Positions 9,582-19,241 of a stretch of DNA of 62,567 nucleotides are shown here, piece after piece; the first letter of the stretch is position 1; each line of letters begins with the position of its first letter. Source of the stretch: a virus (lineage: Duplodnaviria > Caudoviricetes). Where the stretch lies: the IMG/VR virus record IMGVR_UViG_3300042924_005627, positions 1 through 62,567 of that record. One strand, 5' to 3'. Made by a program: the position numbers and the translations under genes. The notes under the pieces were generated by a model, which searched no databases, was not told the DNA's origin, and saw only the letters and a list, made by a program, of their open reading frames with translations.

Positions 9582-10091
9582 ATGAGATTAACGATCATTC
9601 CATCAGACGGTTCCGTTTATATGGATGGATCTGGTTACACTAACATAGATCTAACTTGGATTCCTGAAATTGATGGAAAAAAAGTTCATGCAGTTCAATG
9701 GTCAGGTGACGAAGGTGAAGTTGAGTTTGTTGGACCTGCACAAAATCTGAAGATCAATGATTTGGGTGTATTTGAACAAGCTATTAGTTTGTGGAATGAA
9801 AAGAAGGAAGAAGAAGATGCTTTCCTAAAACAACAATTAGAATTGGAAGAGAGACGTAAGAGAGAAGAAGAAGAACGTCTAAAATCTCAATTTCTTAGCT
9901 TTGATGATTACGATGAAGAATATGGATTGGGTATTGAGGAATTCAATGAACTCGATGAAAAACCATATATTCCACCAACCCCAACACATATTCCTCCTGT
10001 TGAACCACCTCTAGCATATGCAGACGCAAATGAAGAGGATGAGGACGAAGATTTATTCTACGATATTGAGGAACTTCTCAAAGAGATTTGA
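9582..10091 (+). CDS. putative tail fibre assembly protein with acidic/Pro-rich tail
   Basis: LTIIPSDG..HAVQW...GEVE N-terminus; position after fibre genes. Confidence 0.5.
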   Translation: MRLTIIPSDGSVYMDGSGYTNIDLTWIPEIDGKKVHAVQWSGDEGEVEFVGPAQNLKINDLGVFEQAISLWNEKKEEEDAFLKQQLELEERRKREEEERLKSQFLSFDDYDEEYGLGIEEFNELDEKPYIPPTPTHIPPVEPPLAYADANEEDEDEDLFYDIEELLKEI

Positions 10092-10115
10092 GTTTAAATT
10101 ATTAAACGTGAACTG

Positions 10116-11300
10116 ATGAATAGAAATTTAATTGAAAACAATTATATTGTTCTGCGAAATTTTATTTCAAGAGAAAGATCATTAGATCTTTCTACAGAAT
10201 TTTTAAATCATTGTGAAACAAACAATGTGGATGGAGATTCACAAGCTCCAAATTCATATTCTACTTATAATTATATCTCATTTTTAGAATTACTTTGTGA
10301 AAAAACTCCAGAAATATCTTCCGTAATTGAAGAGACTGTTTTACCTACTTATGTTTATTCAAGAGTATATAAAAATGGAAGTGAACTATCGCCTCATACT
10401 GATAGAGATGCTTGCGAAATATCAGTAACGTTACACTTGAATGGAGATTCTAGTTGGCCTATATGGATAGAAACGCCATCAGGAGAAAAACGTTACGTTG
10501 AATTGAATCCTGGCGATGCTATGATTTATCTCGGTAGAAATGCAACTCATTGGAGAGAACCCTATCAAGGAGATAATTATAGTCAAGTCTTTTTACATTA
10601 TGTAAGAAGTCGTGGAGATTGTTCTTACGCTTACTTTGATAAACTTAATGAGACTACCAAACCAGTAACTGAAAACACTGATATTGAACAATCTATTGTT
10701 GAGACTAAATCGGAAATAAAAACGACTCCTGCAAGAAGTAAAAAGTCTTTAGAAGATTATATCTTCACATTAGATAATGTTGTTCCAAATGAACTCTGCG
10801 ATAGAATCTTAAAAGAATATCGTGATTGTAGTTTTTGGACTCCAACTAGTGTGGGAAATGGAAATGTAAATGACCAAATTAGAAACTGCGATGTCATTAA
10901 TATTTCCGAAAATATAGTAGTTGAGAAAAATTTTGATATTAGAAAGAAAATAGATGAAGACTTTTATGTTTGTGCTTCAAGAGCAATAAATGAGTATAGG
11001 AAATTGTTTCCTGAAGTTGCATCAGATATTGATACTGGATATGGATTACTAAGATATAAGAAAGGTCAGTTTTATATTCAACATACGGACTCATTCCAAC
11101 AACAACAGAGATCTGTAAGTTGTTCTTTTCTATTGAATGATGATTATGAAGGTGGTGAGTTTGCGTTTTTTGATAGAGAAATTATTATAAGTGGTTCAAA
11201 AGGATCTATTGTAATGTTTCCCTCTAATTTTATGTTCCCGCATGAAATTATGCCTGTAACTTCTGGAACTAGATATTCAATTATCACCTGGTATGTCTAA
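10116..11300 (+). CDS. tandem two-domain 2OG-Fe(II) oxygenase (prolyl-4-hydroxylase-like)
   Basis: Domain 1 RVY...HTDRDACEIS...HWR; domain 2 LLRY...HTD...LNDDYEGGE...FPSN..PHE..PV.SGTRYSI. Confidence 0.88.
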   Translation: MNRNLIENNYIVLRNFISRERSLDLSTEFLNHCETNNVDGDSQAPNSYSTYNYISFLELLCEKTPEISSVIEETVLPTYVYSRVYKNGSELSPHTDRDACEISVTLHLNGDSSWPIWIETPSGEKRYVELNPGDAMIYLGRNATHWREPYQGDNYSQVFLHYVRSRGDCSYAYFDKLNETTKPVTENTDIEQSIVETKSEIKTTPARSKKSLEDYIFTLDNVVPNELCDRILKEYRDCSFWTPTSVGNGNVNDQIRNCDVINISENIVVEKNFDIRKKIDEDFYVCASRAINEYRKLFPEVASDIDTGYGLLRYKKGQFYIQHTDSFQQQQRSVSCSFLLNDDYEGGEFAFFDREIIISGSKGSIVMFPSNFMFPHEIMPVTSGTRYSIITWYV

Positions 11301-12090
11301 TAAACTTGAAGGGATTCCGAGTATTTACTATCTAAATTTGGACTCCGAATTGGATAGAAGAAAGTACATGGAAAAACAATTTGAGAAATGGAATCTGAGT
11401 AATGTAACAAGATTTTCTGGATCACAATACCTAGCAGAAAATTATGAGGATTGGAAAAGTATTTTACATTTTCCTCACAAAATTACAGAAAAAAAACATC
11501 AATTAGCTGCTTCCATTACTCTTTCTACTCTCGAAATGATTCGACATTGGTTAGAAACTACCAATGAAAAACATTTGATTTTATTTGAAGATGATTATGA
11601 TCTAGACTTAATTGAATACTGGCACTTTGATTGGAAGTATTTGATGAATCATATTCCATATGATTGGGATTGCATTCAGTTAGGATATGAGTCATCTCGT
11701 TTTATTAAATTTTTCCTTCACCCTAAAGATGAAACAAGTGCATATGGACCAATTCTGATTAACAGACATTTTGCTCAAAAGTTAATTAATTTGCATTATG
11801 TCAAAAATAGGTACATGTTAATTCGAAAATACGGAAGCCATCCATATAACACTGGTCACCGAGTTGTTTCACTGGATAGTTTCATTTGTTTTTTGGGGAA
11901 GACATATCAACTTCCTTTAATAACTCAAAATCCACATCTAGATAAAATAGCAAAGAAACATCACTTTCTTTGTAGAGACATGTACTATGAGTGGTGGCAG
12001 AACGAAAGAGATAATTTTTCTTTGGAAGATTTTTTTTCTTATGGGAAAGAAAATGATTATCAAATGACAATAAAAGTAAATTATCAATGA
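11293..12090 (+). CDS. GT25-like glycosyltransferase #1
   Basis: YYLNLD...RR.YM, ILFEDD, WDCIQL, INR.FA. Confidence 0.75.
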   Translation: MSNKLEGIPSIYYLNLDSELDRRKYMEKQFEKWNLSNVTRFSGSQYLAENYEDWKSILHFPHKITEKKHQLAASITLSTLEMIRHWLETTNEKHLILFEDDYDLDLIEYWHFDWKYLMNHIPYDWDCIQLGYESSRFIKFFLHPKDETSAYGPILINRHFAQKLINLHYVKNRYMLIRKYGSHPYNTGHRVVSLDSFICFLGKTYQLPLITQNPHLDKIAKKHHFLCRDMYYEWWQNERDNFSLEDFFSYGKENDYQMTIKVNYQ

Positions 12091-12911
12091 CAATTAATTC
12101 TAAGTTGGAAGGTCTGCCTCCAATATATTATTTTAACCTAGAACACAGAGTAGATCGTAGAGAATACTTAGAAAATCAATTTTTGGAATATGGAATAACA
12201 AACTATCAAAGAGTTAATTCTTCCAGATATTCAGTTGATAATTATAAAGATTGGAAGTCTAAAGTTTTAACCGATAAACTTAGAACACAAGTATGGTTTC
12301 TTGCTACTCTAATTGATAGAATTCATGGTATAATTGATTGGTACAATTCTAATATTTCCGAAACTTGTTTAATGGTTGAGGATGATATTTGTATGGACCC
12401 TGTAAATTATTGGGGATTTGATTGGGAGACTTTTGTTAATAATTTGCCTTGTAATTGGGAATGTATCCAACTTCATATTATTGGAGAAAAATTTCTCAGG
12501 ATGAATCTATCTAAGTGGAATAGAAATAATCACTCCACAGGTTGTATACTTATTAATAGATCATATGCACAAAAATTAATTAAACTTCATTACGTAAATA
12601 ATAAGTTTAAATTATATTCTAATTATGGATATAATAAAAATTGGCCAGAATATCATTATCAATCGGTAGATTTTGTTTTATATCAAATAGGAATAACATA
12701 TTCAATTCCTATTTTCACCACTAATTATAATTTTGTGAGTGATGGATACAGAAACGGAAAAATAAATCAAATGTCTAAAAATAGTGATATTTTGGTTTTA
12801 GATTGGTGGAAGAATAAGTCTCGGAATTATACTTTGGATGACATTTTTTACTTGGATTCGTTAAGAAAAAAAGAATTAATCATAGATATAAGTCATGAAT
12901 TTGAAGGATAA
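12087..12911 (+). CDS. GT25-like glycosyltransferase #2
   Basis: YYFNLEHRVDRR, MVEDD, WECIQL, INRSYA. Confidence 0.75.
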   Translation: MTINSKLEGLPPIYYFNLEHRVDRREYLENQFLEYGITNYQRVNSSRYSVDNYKDWKSKVLTDKLRTQVWFLATLIDRIHGIIDWYNSNISETCLMVEDDICMDPVNYWGFDWETFVNNLPCNWECIQLHIIGEKFLRMNLSKWNRNNHSTGCILINRSYAQKLIKLHYVNNKFKLYSNYGYNKNWPEYHYQSVDFVLYQIGITYSIPIFTTNYNFVSDGYRNGKINQMSKNSDILVLDWWKNKSRNYTLDDIFYLDSLRKKELIIDISHEFEG

Positions 12912-13764
12912 GTTACGGGGACTTCCTCCCATTATTTTGGCTACAATTGACGAACGAAAAGATAGACAGGAATATACTGAAACTCAATATGATTATTGGG
13001 GTATAAAAAATTATACAAAAGTGTCCGGATCCAAGTATCAACTTTCAACATATGAAGATTACTGGAAAGATCTTGTTATTTTAAATCCATTTCCTGAAGA
13101 TTATATAAGAAAAAATCACCACATTGCAGAAATTTCTATAACTCTTGCTCATTTAATAAACATTAAAAATTGGTTAGAGACTAGTAACGATCCATACGTT
13201 ATCATTATGGAAGATGACTACGATCTAAGTTTTATTGAGTACTGGCATTTTGATTGGGAATATCTGATGAATAGTCTCCCATATGATTGGGATTGTATTC
13301 AGATGAGTTTTGAGAATGAGGAAGAAATTCCCTGTTTTTTACATCCAATTCTACCTAAACATGATAGTGGTGGTTCTTTGATTAATAGAAGATATGCAGA
13401 GAAAATTATAAGTCTTCACTATAAAGACGGTAAATTCGATCTCTCTCAAAAAATTTCTAACTATAAATGGTCAAGTAAAGGCATAACCTTTTATGAAGGA
13501 TTGGGGATGCCAAATTTTACTACAGATTATTTTCTTGGCCATAATGGAAAAACATATTGTATACCCTTGTTTTCAGTAAACCAAAATCTGGGTAGTTGGG
13601 CTCAAAATATTTCTAGAAAAGAAGAAAGGACAGATCTATCATTTTCTTATAAAGCGTATAAGAAATGGTGGACTAAACTTAGAGATGAGTATACCCTGAA
13701 AGAGTTCTTTACTTATGGCAAACCGAATGATAGAATAATTGTATCGGGAGAAATAGATATATGA
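12895..13764 (+). CDS. GT25-like glycosyltransferase #3
   Basis: DERKDR, IMEDD, WDCIQM, INRRYA. Confidence 0.75.
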   Translation: MNLKDKLRGLPPIILATIDERKDRQEYTETQYDYWGIKNYTKVSGSKYQLSTYEDYWKDLVILNPFPEDYIRKNHHIAEISITLAHLINIKNWLETSNDPYVIIMEDDYDLSFIEYWHFDWEYLMNSLPYDWDCIQMSFENEEEIPCFLHPILPKHDSGGSLINRRYAEKIISLHYKDGKFDLSQKISNYKWSSKGITFYEGLGMPNFTTDYFLGHNGKTYCIPLFSVNQNLGSWAQNISRKEERTDLSFSYKAYKKWWTKLRDEYTLKEFFTYGKPNDRIIVSGEIDI

Positions 13765-14612
13765 ATTTGGGCAATAAGTTAAAGGATCTTCCTCATATTA
13801 TGATGTTAACTCTCGATGAAAGAGAGGATAGACAACAGTACGCAGAAATACAGTATGATTATTGGGGTATAAAAAATTATACAAAAGTTTCTGGATCAAA
13901 ATACCAATTTTCTACTTATGAAGATTGGAAACATATGGTTAAGTTAAATCCATTTTCAGGAGCCCTCGAAAAAAAGAAGAGACATATTACTGATACTAGT
14001 ATCGCTCTGTCATATCTACTAATAATAAAAAATTGGTTAGAAACGACAAATGAGAAATACTTGATTTTAATGGAGGATGACTATGATTTATTCTTCATTG
14101 AATACTGGCATTTTGATTGGAACTACTTGATGAATAATATCCCATACGATTGGGATTGCATTCAAATGAGTTTCGAAAATCCCAATCTAATTCCTTGTTT
14201 CTTACATCCAATTTTACCTGCTCATGGTGTAGGTGGTTGTATGATTAATAGAAGATATGCAGAGAAAATAATATCCTTACACTATAAGGATGATAAGTTT
14301 GATTTGTCACAAAAGATTTGTAATTATAATTGGTCTGAAATAGAAAGTACAAACCCCAATTTTACTGTGGATTATTTTTTGTGTCATAATGGAAAAACTT
14401 ATTCAATTCCTTTATTTTCTATAAATCAACGTTTTGGTAGTTATGCTGAAAATATTTGTAGAAAAGAGGAAAGATCTGATTTAGAATTTTCGTATAAAGC
14501 TTGTAAAAAGTGGTGGACTGAACTTAGAGATCAATATACTTTAGATGATTTCTTTACCTATGGTAAACCAAATGATAGAATAATTACACCCGAGGAATTT
14601 CAAAATGTTTGA
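13761..14612 (+). CDS. GT25-like glycosyltransferase #4 (close duplicate of #3)
   Basis: Long identical stretches with #3 (QYDYWGIKNYTKVSGSKYQ, PCFLHPILP, FFTYGKPNDRII). Confidence 0.75.
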   Translation: MNLGNKLKDLPHIMMLTLDEREDRQQYAEIQYDYWGIKNYTKVSGSKYQFSTYEDWKHMVKLNPFSGALEKKKRHITDTSIALSYLLIIKNWLETTNEKYLILMEDDYDLFFIEYWHFDWNYLMNNIPYDWDCIQMSFENPNLIPCFLHPILPAHGVGGCMINRRYAEKIISLHYKDDKFDLSQKICNYNWSEIESTNPNFTVDYFLCHNGKTYSIPLFSINQRFGSYAENICRKEERSDLEFSYKACKKWWTELRDQYTLDDFFTYGKPNDRIITPEEFQNV

Positions 14613-15192
14613 GCATGTTAGTCAATTTGAATCTGAAATTGCAGAGTTTTTTGGAGCTCCTTATGCAGTAGCTACAGATTCGTGTACTCATGCATTAGAA
14701 CTTTGTTTGAGGCATACTCACGAAGATTACCTTACAATTCCTACAAGGACTTACATTTCAGTTCCAATGACTTGTATGAAACTTGGTCTAACTTGGGGTT
14801 GGAGAGAAGAAGAGTGGTCCGATTATTACTACCTAGGATTTACAAATATTATTGATGCTGCCGTTCTTTGGGGTGAAAACACATATATTCCAGGAACATA
14901 TATGTGTTTAAGTTTTCAATATAAGAAACACCTAAACCTTGGACGAGGTGGTGCAATCTTGTTGCAAAACAAAGAAGATTATGATACACTTAAAAAAATG
15001 TCTTATGATGGTCGTGATCCTAGTCGTCCATGGGCTGAACAGGACATAGATACTATTGGGTATCATTATTACATGACTCCAGAGATGGCGAAAACGGGAA
15101 TTGAATTACTAAATGAGCGGAAAAAAATTCCCGGTAAAAAATGGAGCCATAGGAATTACCCAGACTTGAGAGAGATGTCTGTATTCAAATGA
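14605..15192 (+). CDS. short DegT/DnrJ/EryC1/StrS-family PLP aminotransferase
   Basis: FE..IAEFFGA.YAVA.DSCT.AL, IIDAA, SFQYKKHL..G.GG, GYHYYMT. Confidence 0.8.
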   Translation: MFEHVSQFESEIAEFFGAPYAVATDSCTHALELCLRHTHEDYLTIPTRTYISVPMTCMKLGLTWGWREEEWSDYYYLGFTNIIDAAVLWGENTYIPGTYMCLSFQYKKHLNLGRGGAILLQNKEDYDTLKKMSYDGRDPSRPWAEQDIDTIGYHYYMTPEMAKTGIELLNERKKIPGKKWSHRNYPDLREMSVFK

Positions 15193-15689
15193 TTAATCAC
15201 ATAAAACCTAATTGGAACGTTGAAGATTTTTATAATCTTGATTATGTTTTATCGACTCATAAAGATACTGATTTGGTAAATCAATATCTGAGTTCTGGTC
15301 ATAGTAAAGATAAATTGTCTATGTACAAGTATCATTTACCAAATCCTATGCCAAAATGTGTGGACGAGTATATTATTCCTAAGTTTTGTTTTTTGGATAA
15401 AGTAGCTGCTGCAGTTAATTACTTTAAACCTGGACAATATTTACCTCTTCATACAGATCTTTTTGGTAAGTATATAGAGTTAAATGATATTGGGTCTGAA
15501 AATGTAATAAGATGTATGGTAATGTTGGAAGATAGTTCTCCAGGACAAATTTTGCAAGTTAAAGATACCGCATATTGTAAGTGGAAAGCCGGACATTGTT
15601 TTTACTGGGATTATGATGAAATACATGCGTTTTATAATTTTAGTATGAAAGATAGGTATGCAATTCAAATCACTGGGGTTAAGAAATGA
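15189..15689 (+). CDS. 2OG-Fe(II)/cupin-type oxygenase
   Basis: PGQYLPLHTD ... H.FYN....RY.IQITG. Confidence 0.7.
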   Translation: MINHIKPNWNVEDFYNLDYVLSTHKDTDLVNQYLSSGHSKDKLSMYKYHLPNPMPKCVDEYIIPKFCFLDKVAAAVNYFKPGQYLPLHTDLFGKYIELNDIGSENVIRCMVMLEDSSPGQILQVKDTAYCKWKAGHCFYWDYDEIHAFYNFSMKDRYAIQITGVKK

Positions 15690-16648
15690 AAAGTCAGAAT
15701 GAATGGGATAGACTCAAAAAAGTAATCGTAGGTGTTGCAGACTATGCAAGAGTCCCTGAAGTAGATTTGAGTGTTCGCACTATTAATTATGCGGACAGAA
15801 AAGATGTTTCTGATGTTCCAGTTGGGCCATATCCCCAACAAGTTATTGATGAATCAAATGAAGACTTGGAGACTTTTGTTAAGTTTCTGTTGGAAGAAGG
15901 TGTAGAAGTTGTAAGGTCAGAAAGGAGTCCAACAGAGTATTACAATTTTTGTCCAAGAGATGTAATCTTTACTCATAAAGACCTGACTGTTGCAACTCCA
16001 ATGCCATTGGAGTGTAGAAAAGATGCATGGAAACCTTTGCTTGATCCTTTGGGTACTACTATCATTGTTCCATGCAAACACAAAGAAGAACTTTATAACG
16101 AAAATTGTGTAGGAGACAAGGATACTCTTGCACTTACAGAGGTTACTCCCGCATTTGATGCAGCAAATATCATTCGTGCAAATGATGATGTTTTGTACCT
16201 TGTGTCTAACAGTGGAAATGTTGCAGGGGCTAACATACTTCAAGAAATGCTTCGGGGTCGTGCAAAAGTTCATCTGCTTCAAGGCGTTTATAGTTATATG
16301 CACATTGATACCACGATTGCATTTCTTCGTGAAGGTTTGATGTTATTGAATCCCGAAAGAATTAAGTCTGTAGATGTTCTTCCAGAACCCTTTAGAAACT
16401 GGGATGTAATTTGGTGTCCAGAACCTGTAGATATTGGTTATTTTCCAGGTTATAATCATTCATCTGAATGGATTAATATGAATCTTTTCAGTGTAAGTCC
16501 GAATCTAGTTGCTTTGGAACAACATCAAGATCCAACTAGAAAAGAGTTAGAAAAGTATGGAATAGAATGTGCCATGCTTCCTATGAGACACGCAAGAACA
16601 TTGAGTGGTTGTTTTCATTGTGTTACATTAGATCTTGAAAGAGAATAG
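15686..16648 (+). CDS. amidinotransferase (StrB1/glycine amidinotransferase family)
   Basis: NEWD.LKKVIVG, CPRD, FDAAN, MHIDTT, GCFHCVTLD (Asp-His-Cys triad). Confidence 0.92.
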   Translation: MKSQNEWDRLKKVIVGVADYARVPEVDLSVRTINYADRKDVSDVPVGPYPQQVIDESNEDLETFVKFLLEEGVEVVRSERSPTEYYNFCPRDVIFTHKDLTVATPMPLECRKDAWKPLLDPLGTTIIVPCKHKEELYNENCVGDKDTLALTEVTPAFDAANIIRANDDVLYLVSNSGNVAGANILQEMLRGRAKVHLLQGVYSYMHIDTTIAFLREGLMLLNPERIKSVDVLPEPFRNWDVIWCPEPVDIGYFPGYNHSSEWINMNLFSVSPNLVALEQHQDPTRKELEKYGIECAMLPMRHARTLSGCFHCVTLDLERE

Positions 16649-17505
16649 TGGACTTAGAGAATAAACTCAAAGGTTTTCCTCCCATTTACTACATCAATCT
16701 CCTTCATAGGACTGATAGAAAAAACTGGATGGAATCCCAATTTAATAATTGGGGAATAACGGATCATCATAGGATTAATGCTTCAAAGTATGACATTTCC
16801 AAATATGATGAATGGAAAGATATAATTGTAGAAAATCAAATTCTCGAATGTTTGTCTGCAATGTCAACAGCATTAAATCATATAGAAACAATTATTAATT
16901 GGTATGATAGTAATCTATCCGAAACTTGCATTATAATGGAGGATGATTTATCAATACAGAATATAAAATATTGGAATTTTGATTGGACATACTTTGAGAA
17001 TAATCTACCAGAAAACTGGGAGTGTATTCAACTCTATTTTTGTAGTACATATCACTCAAATGGTCTATTTGTACCAATGTTTTTACACAGGAGATCTGAT
17101 GCTGGATCTGCAGCTGCGTATTTGATAAATCGCACATATGCCAAAAAAGTTAAAAACTTGATGTATCGTGATGGTAAATATAGATTAACATTTGCAGATA
17201 ATTCCTTTCATAAGAGACATAGTAAAACACATATAACAGGAGACTCTAATTTATTTGATATTGGAATTACATATTCAATTCCTCTTTTCAATCTTAATGT
17301 CAATATGAATGGGGATAGTGAGCAGAATAATAATAAAATGTTTCCCATAGATATAATTTGCAGTCGATTAATAGAAGATTGGTGGAAAAATCATCATCAT
17401 AAATTTCCATTGGAAGATTTTTTTACTTATGGTAAACCAAATGATCTAAAAATGACCATGAAGGTAAAAATGGAAGACATAACAAAATTTCTAGAAAAAT
17501 GTTAA
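16648..17505 (+). CDS. GT25-like glycosyltransferase #5 (GTG start)
   Basis: YYINL.HRTDR, IMEDD, WECIQL, YLINRTYA, FFTYGKPND. Confidence 0.75.
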   Translation: MDLENKLKGFPPIYYINLLHRTDRKNWMESQFNNWGITDHHRINASKYDISKYDEWKDIIVENQILECLSAMSTALNHIETIINWYDSNLSETCIIMEDDLSIQNIKYWNFDWTYFENNLPENWECIQLYFCSTYHSNGLFVPMFLHRRSDAGSAAAYLINRTYAKKVKNLMYRDGKYRLTFADNSFHKRHSKTHITGDSNLFDIGITYSIPLFNLNVNMNGDSEQNNNKMFPIDIICSRLIEDWWKNHHHKFPLEDFFTYGKPNDLKMTMKVKMEDITKFLEKC

Positions 17506-19079
17506 TACTTAGTGTTCATTTAGGACATGACTCTTCAATATGTGTCCTAAACAATGGAAATTTAGAACAATATTTCTTAGTAGAAAGATATACAAGAAAA
17601 AAACATGATGACAACCAATCAACAATATTGGTGTTATTAAATGATATTTGTAGTAAACTAACTGAACCGTTAGATGTCATTAGTATATCTAATTTTAATA
17701 CTAAAGATGCGATAATATTAGAAATTTTTGAAGAATGCAGAAAATATAATTCAAATGTAAAACTAATATTGCAACAGGAACATCATTTAAATCATGCTTC
17801 TCTCGCTTTTTATAATAGTGGGTTCGATAAGAGTCTTGTTGTTGTCGTTGACGGAGCTGGATCAACAATTAACGATAATTTGGTAGAAGTGGAAAGTGTT
17901 TTTCTTTTTGATCAGGAAAAAAACACCTTAATTTATAAGAATATCATAGAAGATTCAAATCCATTTGATCTTTTCTGGGAAGATTCTACTTTTGGGGTCG
18001 GTAAATTATATGATATTGCTGCAATTTTAATTGGAAATACCCCTGATGATTGTGGAAAGGTAATGGGACTTTCATCATATGGATCTCCAAATCAATTATT
18101 TAAAAATTTATTCTTAGAAAAGAATATCTTTAATACTCATTTTTTTAAAAACTCTTCTCAAGAGATTAAACAATTTTTGAAAACTCCGATTAGAAAAATA
18201 GATAGTGAAAACTATAAATTACATGCAGATTTTTGTTATGAAGTTCAACATCAAACGCAAAAAGTAGTTGGAGATATAATAGAAGATTCAATAATAAAAA
18301 CAGGGATTAAGAAAGTCTGTATCTCTGGTGGATATGGTATGAACATCGTTGCGAACTATTATTATTTGCAACGATTTCCTGATGTAGAATTTTATTTTGA
18401 ACCATTGTGTAATGATAATGGAATAAGTATAGGTGCTGCGATGAATTCATATTTTCAATTAACCAATAAAATTCCCAATCCTCTCCAAACAACCTCCTTT
18501 CATGGATCTACTCATGAAATTTCTTTGTATAAAGGTAAAACAACATCAATAGAAACCATTGTTAATCTACTAAATCAAAATAAATCTATTGCTGTGTATA
18601 GTGGTCTCGCAGAAGCTGGTCAAAGAGCACTTGGGAATCGTTCTATATTTTTTAATCCATTAAATTTAAATGCAAAAGATATTGTAAATAAAATCAAAAA
18701 AAGAGAGTGGTATCGTCCTTTTGCTTGTGTGGTATTGGAAGAGGATGTTAATGTTTATTTTGATATGGGGAATGTAAAATCAAGTCGGTTTATGACTACA
18801 TGTTTCCCAGTAAGACGAGAGTGTGTTAAAATAATGCCAGGAATAACCCATGTAGATAATACATGTAGAGTTCAAACTGTTTCCAAAACGGATGGTTACT
18901 TGTATAAACTTTTACAAGAATTTAAAAAATTGTCTGGACATGGTATTCTTTTGAATACTAGTTTTAATTTAGCTGGAGAACCTTTAGTAGAGACTCCAAC
19001 GGATGCATTGAATACTCTAAATAATTCGTCTTTAGATTATCTTTGGTTTGAAGAAACACAACAATTACTTAGTAGATAA
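17499..19079 (+). CDS. NodU/CmcH/TobZ-family O-carbamoyltransferase
   Basis: HDSS, HHLNHA, VDGAG, GKVMGLSSYG, RALGNRS, KKREWYRPFA, HVDNTCRVQTV, LLNTSFN. Confidence 0.93.
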   Translation: MLILSVHLGHDSSICVLNNGNLEQYFLVERYTRKKHDDNQSTILVLLNDICSKLTEPLDVISISNFNTKDAIILEIFEECRKYNSNVKLILQQEHHLNHASLAFYNSGFDKSLVVVVDGAGSTINDNLVEVESVFLFDQEKNTLIYKNIIEDSNPFDLFWEDSTFGVGKLYDIAAILIGNTPDDCGKVMGLSSYGSPNQLFKNLFLEKNIFNTHFFKNSSQEIKQFLKTPIRKIDSENYKLHADFCYEVQHQTQKVVGDIIEDSIIKTGIKKVCISGGYGMNIVANYYYLQRFPDVEFYFEPLCNDNGISIGAAMNSYFQLTNKIPNPLQTTSFHGSTHEISLYKGKTTSIETIVNLLNQNKSIAVYSGLAEAGQRALGNRSIFFNPLNLNAKDIVNKIKKREWYRPFACVVLEEDVNVYFDMGNVKSSRFMTTCFPVRRECVKIMPGITHVDNTCRVQTVSKTDGYLYKLLQEFKKLSGHGILLNTSFNLAGEPLVETPTDALNTLNNSSLDYLWFEETQQLLSR

Positions 19080-19241
19080 ATGGATAACAAACAATTACAT
19101 GAATCTGGTTTAAACATTATACAAAACTCCGATGGATCTTATGCATTTGAGTGGGATCCAAAGGACGAACGTTGGTCTTGGATGAATGACTTGACAGATC
19201 TGCAAATTAAGTCTATAGTGGAAGACATAATTGCAAAATAA
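19080..19241 (+). CDS. hypothetical protein (53 aa)
   Basis: Hand-translated MDNKQLHESGLNIIQNSDGSYAFEWDP... Confidence 0.6.
   Translation: MDNKQLHESGLNIIQNSDGSYAFEWDPKDERWSWMNDLTDLQIKSIVEDIIAK

Noticed and set aside
10116-11300. TET/JBP base oxygenase for DNA hypermodification
   Set aside because: Motifs look prolyl-hydroxylase-like and no adjacent methyltransferase or kinase is seen; kept only as a lesser alternative.
15686-19079. Saxitoxin or cylindrospermopsin pathway (SxtG/SxtI- or CyrA-like pair)
   Set aside because: No SxtA, PKS or NRPS in the window; context is glycosyltransferases.
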